A stretch of 63,301 bases of DNA, filler included, from Bigelowiella natans CCMP2755 (lineage: Eukaryota > Protista > Cercozoa): assembly GCA_000320545.1 (NCBI GenBank). It is 4 parts of 4 records of this genome, joined end to end, with 100 filler letters (N's around TTAATTAATTAA, not from the genome) between each part and the next. Parts side by side here need not be neighbours in the genome. Positions count along the whole stretch, not along the records: positions 1 to 26,184 come from ADNK01000798.1; 3 more parts are not named here. The stretch is one strand, 5' to 3'. The position numbers were made by a program, and so were the translations under genes. Below, one piece after another: positions 1 to 17,235 of the stretch. Positions within the stretch are counted from its first letter, which is position 1. Every line of letters begins with the position of its first letter. The notes beneath the pieces were generated by a model. It was not told the origin of the DNA, searched no databases, and saw only the letters and a program-made list of their open reading frames with translations.

Positions 1-18
1 GGGAGGGAGAGAGAGAGC

Positions 19-60
<42 letters not shown>

Positions 61-88
61 GAAATGAATATTTTTGCATATCTCTTCC

Positions 89-134
<46 letters not shown>

Positions 135-150
135 CCTTTCTTCTTGCCAG

Positions 151-1050
151 GATTTTCCAGCTTTGACACTGCTCCGCACTACGGTCGCGCGCTCGAGACC
201 TTCGCTCAGGTAGCTCACCGGGCGCTTAAAAATGGATGATGATGATGACGACAACGATGATGATGATAACTTTAAATTGTGAGGACTCTTCACTAGAAAA
301 AAAAAAAAGTGATTAACGAGAAAAAACGCAATTCGGCGAAGATGATCAGCACTGGCTATTATCAGGCGCTGCACGACTCGGGACTCAGCGACGACGTGCG
401 GCGAAGCTGCTGCATTATGACGCGCTACGCCCCAGTGCCGTGCGAGATGCAGCAGTCTTGGGTCAAGGAATTTGTGGCCGAATCGAGGTGTTGTTATTGT
501 TGTTGGTGTTGTTGTTGTTGATGATGTTGGTGGTGGTGGTAGACAATGCAGCACATAGAAGAACAATGTGAAAGGGGGGGAGGGAGACTCTACTTCTGTC
601 TCTACTACTTCATCGTCACTAGCGACGAGAAAAAAGAAGGCACGGGTTGCTGCTGTTATCGATTTCTCTCTTGCTCGTCCTCCCCGACCCCCCCCCCCCC
701 CGGGATTTTCCCTTTTATTAATGAGATTCTATCGTCGTTGTGAACGAATTTTCCGCCAAAAACATGCATCCTCAGGCAGCTCCTGCGCACCGACAAGGTC
801 GATATTGTGCAGCTGCACTGGCCGGACTTCAATCAAACTGCTTATCTCGACACGCTCCGATGGTACTGTTGTTTCCGCACGAGCAGCAAGGAATCGTGCT
901 GATTTCCCTGTCTTGCGTGGCATTCTTGCGCTGCGGCATGGCAAATGACTGCTCTGCCATGCAGGACAACACATCGGTGTTTTCGGTTCCGTCGTGCGTG
1001 CGTTAGTATCTGTTCAATTTTCCATGCTGTAGCAGTGGTGTAGTAGTAGT

Positions 1051-1083
<33 letters not shown>

Positions 1084-1166
1084 CGATGAAAGCTTTGGGA
1101 GATGAGAGCTTTGATGGTAGGAGCGAGAACAACGGTTGGGACTGTCATCATAGTAATCTATTGCTG

Positions 1167-1208
<42 letters not shown>

Positions 1209-1428
1209 GTCTGCGTCGTGTGGGGATAATGTCAAGGTTGTGCTCGAACGAGCGTGTATCGGCGGTGGCGGTGACCAACTTCAATGTTCATGCGCTCTCC
1301 AGAGCTATCGATGTGTGGCGAGATCGAATATTCTTCTTCTTCGCCTTCTTCTTCCCCTCCTTCTTCTACTATTTTTCTTTCGCTAATCGTCTGTCTGCAT
1401 TTTTGTGTTTGTTGCGCACTCAGATGAT

Positions 1429-1516
<88 letters not shown>

Positions 1517-2415
1517 AATACTCTTCCCCACTCCTACGTGTTTTTTTGCTGCTGGCTGCTGCAGGAGCATCACCTTCCTATCAGCGCCAATGTCGTCTCC
1601 CTGTCTGTGATCGACCGGAGGCCTTTGGAAGAGCTCCTCCCCTTCTGCCGGGGGCACAACGTGCACGTCTTCGCGTAATAATAGTGCATAGCAGCAGCGG
1701 CAAAATACAATACAACGCGATTGTCTGTGAGATCCCACGGCGAAATGGCTATGTGTGGTCGCGCCTACAATCAAACGAATTTGCTTTCTCCGCCTCCCCC
1801 ACCTCCCCACCCCCCCCCCCCTTTCCTCCTTTGTCTCTCCTTTCAGCATCGGGTGAATGCTGGGGGGGTCCCCGTCCCCAAGGGTGGGTTTGGTTGCCCA
1901 AGACCTTCGGGACAAGGAGCTTGACAATTTGAGTGCTGTTCGGTACATGAAGGTCGATCCGGGCTGGGGGGGGCTGGCGGCTGTTTCAGCGCCTCTTGGA
2001 GACAATGGCGGCCATTTCCTTCAAGCACCAAAAGACCATTGCAGTCGTGGCCATGCGCTGGGCATTGCAGCAGGAAGGCGTCAGCGCAGTGATTGTCGGC
2101 TCGCGCCTCGGTTCGTGTTCTCTTTCACCATTTTCCTGCGACATCCCCTCCCTCGATGCTCTCATGATCGATCGGTAGATGCTGATGATTGCGCTGTTCT
2201 ATTGCTACGTGCGTGCGTGGTGTGCGTGAGCAGGGAACCCGGCGTGTGACACCTCGGCGGAGAGCGCCGGCCTCTTCGCGTTCGAGCTGGACGACGAAGA
2301 TCTTAGCGCCATAGACACTGTGGTGGGGATGGGGAGGGATCTGCGGAGGAAGATAGGTGACATAGGCGCCGAGTACATCGTCGAGGAGAACGGGGCACCG
2401 CTTGCTGTATTTTAA
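151..2415 (+). CDS. Aldo/keto reductase family protein, multi-exon, 5' end outside the window
   Basis: Exon translations FDTAPHYG (~161-185), LLRTDKVDIVQLHWPDF (~777-830), VSAVAVTNFN (~1255-1285), TIAVVAMRWALQQEGVSAVIVGSR (~2035-2106) and FAFELDDEDLSAID are typical AKR motifs. Stop TAA at 2413-2415. GT-AG introns are filled with microsatellites. Confidence 0.85.
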
Positions 2416-3154
2416 CAGGTGCGGTTGATAGATGCGTGAGTTTAATTCCAGCACAACTCTCCCTTATTGTCGCCGCCGTCGCATGGATATAATAACGAAA
2501 ACGCTCTGACTGCTGTGAATCGCGCAGCGCGATAGCGCTCGATCATTGTCATGCATGCTAGCATGGCTGCTAATATCTGATGTACGTCATAATGCACCGC
2601 ACTATGCACGCTATCTAGCCGTATGTGGAGCAGAGAGAGATGCTGATGCTATATAGCTATGCTGCGGCGAGAATGAAACGAGAAACGAATGTAGTTGTGC
2701 TCCGATCGTCATGTCGAGCCGCTATACAATAAGCGACAGCTGAAACAAACATGTTACATGTAGTAGATTGCCTAACTAACTGCGAGCGACATCGCCTGGA
2801 ACGTCGATGCATTGCTGCTTCGTGCATGCACAATATAGATCGAGCTCACATTAGCAGCATGCAGCGCATGCTATGTGACACAACGCAGAAAGTGCGTACA
2901 GCGATAAATGATTCTGATGATCATTGCGAGACCATTCTAGCGCTATTGCGGCGGCTATGCTATGCCAGTTCGTGTTCGTTCAGTGATGCTTGTTCAATTG
3001 TGCACGTACGCGAGCGCGAATTTCTAGATTTGCATACACCATCGATTCTTGGCTAGTACCAATACTGACGACCAGCAGCCAGGCTAGCAGGGGGTTTGAC
3101 ATTCACTGGACATCGACGAAATCATCACGCGCATGACTGATGATGATATGGGTG

Positions 3155-3208
<54 letters not shown>

Positions 3209-3227
3209 TCCAAACCCTCTGCAACCA

Positions 3228-4039
3228 CTACTTCGCGTCCTGAACGGCTAAATTCCTGGAGATGACGAACGCGCCGACCAACGCGCTAAGCTGGGTGGAG
3301 TCCTTCGCGCCGGCGGCGAGATTGTATTCAATATTGGCAAGCTTTTCTGCAAAGGGACAAGAACGGCAACGACGAAGGATTACGACGATATTGGTGTCAG
3401 ATCAATGGGGAGAAAAGGGCACTACTATCAGGCGTAGTGGGTCAAAAAGCGGTCATTCTCTCTTCTAATGCTACATCTACTCCGGTGACTACCGAGGAGG
3501 AACATGAGGGCCTTTGCGGGGACCTTGACGTTGAGAAGCTGGGCATGGAGCAACCTGCGTTCAGCAAACAACACACACACACACACACACACACGCGCCC
3601 CGCCAGAAACATCGAGTATCATCAAAATTCTGAGCTGTCATGTACATCTATACTGTCATGTGCAATACTTACTATGAAGACATTTTCCTCACCATCCCCG
3701 CCCCCCCGCCCCCCCCCCCCTCCCCTCTCACCCCTCTCCTTCTACAACTCCTATCTGAACATCACTTGATAATGTCGGCGAGGGCGTAGCCATGCTCCTT
3801 CATCTTGGTAAACGTTTTGTTATAGACGTTCGCGAAGTCATCATTGAGAAGATCCGTCAGAACCCCCCTTACGATTTTCGGGGTCGGATTACCGGTAGAC
3901 AGGTACACATTTTCCTCGTCCACATGCTTGTACGCTAGGTGTGTGGCCTGAGCACATATAATATATTCATGTGTGTGTGTGTGTGTGTATGGGTTGTACT
4001 TTTCTTTTTAAATCTCCGAACATAATATATGGGTACACA

Positions 4040-4077
<38 letters not shown>

Positions 4078-4538
4078 CGCGTACACGCATACGCACAAAC
4101 ACGAGCGGGCTGCGCCTATAGACGGAAGCAGTGGAAGAAGAAAGGACCACCTACCTGCAGCACATTGAGGCACTTCCGCATGTCTCCCTCCGCTAAGTCC
4201 ACTATCGCCTTGAGCCCGTCTTTGGTGAGATCGACCCTGAAAAGAGGGAGGGGAAAGGGTTGAGACAGCGAATGAGAGCAACGACGAGGAAGGCGTGTTA
4301 CAGGGCATCTTCTTCTCATTGCATTGCATTTTTTGATCGCACTGGTGTAGGAACTACCCCTCTTTGTCTGCTATTTCTTGCACACGTTCGAGAACTTGCG
4401 TCCTTTTCAGCGGACCGAACCGGAAGCGCGTGCATCGAGATTGCAGGGCAGGTGTGATCTTGTTGATGTAGTTGCAGATGAGGCAGAAGCGGGTGTTGCT
4501 CGTGTACTTCTCGATCACTGCGTTGAGTACGAGGGAGC

Positions 4539-4584
<46 letters not shown>

Positions 4585-5608
4585 AAGAGAAAGAGAGAAA
4601 GAGAGAAAGAGAGAGAAAGAGAAAGAGAGAGAGAGGGCCAATAAGGGAAATGTCCGCACGAAGAAATGGAAGGACAGAAAGATGGATCTTCTCGTCGTCG
4701 TAAGCTTGGTTATTTAGTAACGAATTTGGAAGCGCAAACCTCGACGCAGCGCAAATTGAGAGTCACGCGTCATCGAGTCACACTCATCCAATATAATAAG
4801 TTTCAGTCCTTTTTTAAACAGCTGCCGACTGCCCGCAAAGCTCTTTATTTGGTCCCTCACAACACCGATTCCCCTGTCATCCGAGGCGTTCAACTGCAAG
4901 AGGAGGAGGAGAGAAGGGAAATTACACATTTTGCCTAGACGGAGCGCGCATGCATGTCCTTACGATGAAACAAGGAGAGGGAATAGAATTTACTCCACCC
5001 ACCTCTAAGACCATGGAGCCAAAGTTATCCCCATTCATCTTACGAGCACAAGCGAGAATGGTGGAGGTCTTCCCGGTTCCTGGGGGGCCATACAGAAGCA
5101 GATGCGGCATCTTTCCCGCGTCGATAAGCCTCGATACTATTCAAATTTACGCGTTTAAACATTTTGATTGAAGTAAAGCTCTATGGTCAGGTATTACTCG
5201 TGTTGAGTTTATCATCTTGCGCTATGAGATCCTCGAGCTGCTTGGGCCTGTATTTCTCCACCCACGGCAGATTGTCGCCTTTGAGTCGAGCTGGCAAGTG
5301 CTTCACCTCCGCTTTGCCTGTACCGATCAACAAAACCCTACGGGTCACACCCATCTTCTCCTATCTATATACTATCCTCTCCCATGTCGAAAAGAAGCGT
5401 ACCAGATTTGATTTCCGTATTCATTGACTGTACCTATGTGGGGTCAGGATAATTAGTCAAGCTTCGCCAAATCGAATAGGATTTCGCCAATCCGCATTGA
5501 AATGTCACAATATCAAATATTCTAGGAAGAAATTAGCCATGCTCCTGCGAGAAATTGCGATACCTCTTCCACCTCCATGGAGGCAACCTTCTCATCGTCT
5601 CCCGCCAT
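3228..5608 (-). CDS. RFC5: Replication factor C small subunit (human RFC5 / yeast Rfc3 type), multi-exon
   Basis: [32 protein letters not shown] (Walker A), [31 protein letters not shown] (Walker B), [26 protein letters not shown]-terminus [30 protein letters not shown] at 5608, TAG at 3228-3230. Confidence 0.93.
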
Positions 5609-6112
5609 TTTTGCCTTTTCAGACTAAGAGCAATTTAAAATACTCTTTGTGGTAAAAAATGGATGGATGAAATGTGTGTACGACAAATATTATAGGGTTA
5701 ATAATCCAATATATTGCAGAACTTCATGGAGTAGTGGAGGCGACTATCCGCACTGTGACTACAATACTCAATCAAATTTGATACGACTCGTGCCGATTTT
5801 AACCAAAAATTCTGATCAGAAATTTATGGAATAAAATTAGAATCGGCCAGAAATTAAACTTTGTAGTGTTTATTATGTCAACATCTATCGGTCAAATGGA
5901 CGACTAATTTATGCCCATTTACCGAAGCTTTCCTGCCATAGCACCCGCGATCCAGAGGCGGGGGGAAGAGTCTCCCGCCAAAAAGAGCAATAGCGAAGAT
6001 CGATATTTGATGGAATTGCATGCATTTTTCCTATACGTCTTCTTTTGGGAACGATGCGCTTAAAAGCTGTGACAAAATGACATTGCTGATGATTTGTTCT
6101 ACCTGTAGACGA

Positions 6113-6497
6113 TTCCAGACGGCAGATCACAAATGTTGTCGCATTGACAAAACAAAACGTGTCCCCGTTCAAACGGAACCGAAGTTGGCGGAGAAAGAAT
6201 ACAGGTAATTACTTCACTGCGACGAAGAAAGAAAGGATTCTCAAGTAATTTTTGAGAAAAGAGTTTTCGAATGGATGTCGGATCTCGTTCGGAGAGGCTC
6301 ACCATCGTGATTTCTGGGGTTTGCCTGCAGCTCTGTGATTTGTCCGATGTGGAATTGAGATGCCTACGTGCATGGACTTTCCGTTTGTGTCAGGTCTTGT
6401 CGGAGTGTCGGAGCAGGCTTCACGTTGAAATGAATTGGAGCATTGTGCTGACGACCAAACTGAACCACAGCAAGCACGGAACGAAAGGAAGACGTTG
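6113..6497. repeat. Dispersed duplicated segment, copy A (paralog of ~15357-15800); relic gene or TE fragment
   Basis: Direct alignment by eye: RIDKTKRVPVQTEPKLAEKEYR versus RIDKTKSVSVQTEPKLAEKEHR, with long nucleotide matches continuing downstream. Confidence 0.9.
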
Positions 6498-7250
6498 CAA
6501 TTGTCGTTGTCACACTGCAGTGTTCATTGCCACAGCTGCAGAACTTCCTGGTGCTAGAATGATCAGAGCAGTGGTAGCAACAGTGTGGGTGTGTGTGGAA
6601 GTGTGGAAGAGATCGATGTGCAAGACGACGATGCAGGAAGGAAAATGGTCAGAGCCGCCACCTTCTGAACTGTCACCGCTGCGTTGCGCCATTGCTCTGG
6701 TGATCACAACACGACCGTAACTGGCACTCTCCTTTGCGACAGCTGGTGGAATCGGTCGGAAGCTTTCCAAGGTGGCAGTCCTTCTTCCTGCCGCCAGGTG
6801 GAAGATGACAGCGTCGTGTTGACGATGCAGCAGCAGCGGCGGCGGATCGGAGACTGCCAGACTGCCAAACGTCTTCGCAAACTCCATCATCAAGAGCTGG
6901 AGCATGCATGATGGCATGGGTGACATAGCAACTGCACGTGCTGTTGGTACACGCACTGCTGCGGTGCACACGTGCTGAGTTTGTTCCTGCATTGACAGCA
7001 CACGTACGTGGATGGCTAGGTGGCACAGCTGTGGACAGTTTGCACGTGCTGCTCATGCGACGCAACGAGACAGTGCGTCTCACATGCTAGCATGATGCAC
7101 ACACTTCCAGGCATGCACACACACACGCACACGTGCCTGGAAGACTGCCATTCGGAAGCGTGCAGTTTGATCACAATGCATGCAGTTCATGTGACGTGCA
7201 TTCAGACAAATTGAACCAGTTGTTTCACTGACATTTTTCCATCATCACAA
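6300..7250. other. TpA-depleted intergenic tract
   Basis: About ten TA dinucleotides in ~950 bp, over half in CTA/TAG context; rich in CATG/TGCA/CACA. Confidence 0.85.
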
Positions 7251-7740
7251 GGTGTTGATACTCCCATGACCCCAGATGGATCATTTGGATGCAAATTGAC
7301 CATTTCACAACATGTGTTTTCAAACATAACAACATGATCTATCATTTTCCATGGATCATCATTGTAACTATGAAATTTGTTATGATCTAGTTTTTTTCCT
7401 TTTTTGCAATTTATGTGAACAGACATATTTCATACCAACCGAAAATGAGGGAAAAGAAAATGGATTTTTGAAAGTAAAATATGTGTATGTATTTTAATTT
7501 TTTAGTCATATAGCAACTAATTCAGAAAAAAACATGATTGTTACTGAATAGTTCATTTTTTTAAATGAAAAATAAATAAATAAATAACAGATCAAACAAA
7601 CATATATGGCTATGTAATAACTGTCAAAAATAAGAAGATAAAAATAAAAGAGATAAACCTTCTTATGATATAAGTATATATATGAGGTAATGAACCAAAT
7701 TATGAATTTTGGTTGGGAAAATAGATTATTATTAATGAGC
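7200..7740. other. Very AT-rich insert of unknown (organellar/viral/foreign?) origin, TA-depleted at its left end
   Basis: Sharp drop in GC. Minus ORF 7202-7426 is rich in H/C/M where an AT-rich gene would be expected to have Y/I. 7440-7740 keeps abundant TA. Confidence 0.45.
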
Positions 7741-8175
7741 ATGTGGCCCAAACGTCATCATGCATTCAGTGACACGATGCCAATCACGAAACCAATTTCA
7801 TTCATCGGGGCAACAATTTTTGGATGTATCGTTCATGTACTTGTAATCGTCCTCGTTGCTCCAACCAGCGAATGTTTGAATCAGTACCGACGCAGAGGGA
7901 CGCTTCTGATGTGCAGGTTGGATGCAAAAACGACAACGCGAAGAAAGGAACAAATTGTCATGGGGTGTCAGGAGATCATGCTCATGGATAAAAACGTTAT
8001 GTTAAGCATCTACACACAATTTCGCACGATACATTTTGTAAAAATAACCCCTCTCACCGTTGCATCAACAATGGTTTTTCCGTGCTTGTCTCCCGTTTCC
8101 TAATGAACACCAATTCGACTCAAAACAAACGCTTGACTGTCCAGATGAGGCACCAGATTCCCGCTCATTGAGGTG

Positions 8176-15000
<6,825 letters not shown>

Positions 15001-15180
15001 TGTCTCACTGTTTCTGCAATCACTGTGACGATGGGGGTGGACAATCGACTGTCGCGTATTTGCGGGCAAGAAAGATTTCGAGAGCTTTGAGATTCATCTT
15101 TTCCGTGTCAAAATTCCCATTTGTCGCCTTGGTGCGGGCAATTTTCGTGAAAGACTTACAACAATTGGCAATTTGATTAG

Positions 15181-17150
15181 AGTGGATTTCACAACAGATG
15201 TCTCGTTCCAGCCGTGCATGTTTTGCACCAGATTTTTCGATCTAGCTGCGATGAATTCATTCCGAAGTCTTTCGAACGAAACTGAAGGAGATGGGCCATT
15301 GGCGACAATCATGGATCTGAGTGCTGGTGATTTTCTAGCTCAAGCATCGACATTGTTCCAGACGACACACGATGAAGATTGTCGCATTGACAAAACAAAA
15401 AGCGTCTCCGTTCAAACGGAACCGAAGTTGGCGGAGAAGGAACACAGGTGATCACTTCCCTGCGACGAAGAAAGAAAGGATTCTCAAAGAGTTTTCGAAT
15501 GGGTGTCGGATCTCGTTCGGAGAGGCGGCTCACCATCGTGATTTTTGGGGTTTGCCTGCAGCTTGCCTGTGATTCATCCGATGTGGAATTGAGATGCCTG
15601 AGTGCATGGACTTTCCGTTTGTGCATGGTCTTGTCGGGGTGGGCGTCCGAGGACCAAGCAGAGAAGAAAACGCACCCGGCGCCATTCGAGCTGCACACAG
15701 CATTGCCGTCTCGGAGCGAAAACTCTTTCACTGAACGTTTGAACGTGTTGAAAAATTGTTCTGATGACTGAACTGAAGCATGGAACAAAAGAAAGACGTT
15801 CCTTCAAGCCACGATGTTCACGTGTGCAGCTTCAATTTGCGAACGTGCAAGGTCAAAGAAGACTGCGATGAATCGTTCCAGGCGCAAACCAGCTAGCCAG
15901 GCCACATCTCAAAGGTTTGTTGATTTCTTCCATTCACATCTCTCATGATCCTTGCAATGACAAGCTCATTCTCGCATCACTTCAGGAAACGTCGAAAACA
16001 TCGATCAATTTCTCTCCGTTTGCGTCCACCGAGTTGGCCAATCTAGCAATGCATGCTGGCATGCCACACCGAAGATCAAGAGTCCTGGAGTGAAACAAGG
16101 AAGACAATCAAGCCAGCAATCGAGAGGAGCTCCAACCATTCCTTGCCCTGCACCGAGGTCGTTGTTGCCATCATCCTCCACATCTTCACATCATCATTGT
16201 GTGTTCTTTCCATCTGAATCAGGACCTTGCTGCAGCTCCGGGAAGCTTGGGGGAGCGACTTCAAGCAGGCAAGGAAAACCGGATGTTCCACATGACCATT
16301 CCCCCCTCCAGATTTCATGGTCGAAAGATCATGCTCCGAATTTCCTGTGACGCACTCACGTGAGAGTCTCGAGGGCAAGCTAGCAAGAGGTCGGTGGAGT
16401 TTGTCAGTCTGCATGGCAAGCTAGCAAGGACCACTTTTTCAGATTCTGCGATGGTGGTAGATTCGCACATCATGAGAATGGATGGACGTCATCACAGCTT
16501 GGACAGCAGAAGGCTGTGGGCATTTTCACTCTCGGGAGTGATTGATCGATGGGCATTCCCGTGGAGGTTGCAGAAGCGTCAGAATCAATCCAGCTAGCTA
16601 GCGATTGTGCATGCATGAAATCTGCCATGAGCTGAGCGACGACGGAGAAAGAGCAATCCGCGACGTCCGTGGGTGGTGAATCTGATGTCGTCTCGATGAT
16701 TCGATCTTCTTCTAGCCATCCATGCCAAGGCTAGCACGTGCATGCATGCTAGCATGGCCCGTCCAGGTGTGTGTGTCATGCGATGCTTCAATTTTGATGC
16801 GTGTGTGCGAGCGATGATCGATGCTTCATGCATGTCTAGATGTGATGAACGTACAGCTCTGGAGCTAACATGGCGGTCCAACGGTGATGTGTAGTGAGGA
16901 TGGCTAGCTTGCTCTAGTCCAGCAGTGCTGAGCTTGAAGATGGCATGCTAGCACAACTAGACAACTCAGACTTGTCTGACCTATTTTGGGATGTTTGCTA
17001 GTTTGGCAAACAGACGCCTCAGCACAATTCTCTAGTCTAGTAGTGCTGTTCTGGGCACTCTGACATTGGCGAAGCTAAAAGTGAAAGCAACATTTTTCAA
17101 TGGCATTTCTGTGTTCATCTGTTGCCTGTTGCATCTCAGCTTGCGAAAGA
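15181..17150. other. TpA-depleted intergenic tract (strongest example)
   Basis: In 15181-16456 (1276 bp) I find six TA, all within CTAG (~15242, 15335, 15893, 16043, 16380, 16421), and none in ~15340-15890. 16590-17045 is CTAG-dense. Confidence 0.95.
15357..15800. repeat. Dispersed duplicated segment, copy B (paralog of ~6113-6497), TA-free
   Basis: Aligns to copy A; TA sites of copy A appear here as CA or TG. Confidence 0.9.
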
Positions 17151-17235
17151 GAAGCAAGTCAAGAAATGACTGGCAAATTGTTAGAAAATTAATTGCTCTG
17201 GAAAAATACATGCTAAAGATGATTCAAATCTTTGA

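Noticed and set aside
1003-1932. ORFs with poly-CV, HT, RE and YI runs (here and throughout the window)
   Set aside because: Translations of intronic microsatellites.
15181-17150. Classical RIP or CpG deamination as the cause of the CA/TG excess
   Set aside because: Neither removes TpA (RIP raises it, CpG decay depletes CG). Here TA is lost, CG persists, and paralogs show TA with no CG at the variable sites.
15181-17150. ADAR editing of retro-transcribed RNA
   Set aside because: Changes occur on both strands within one copy, and TAG, the preferred ADAR context, is the one spared.
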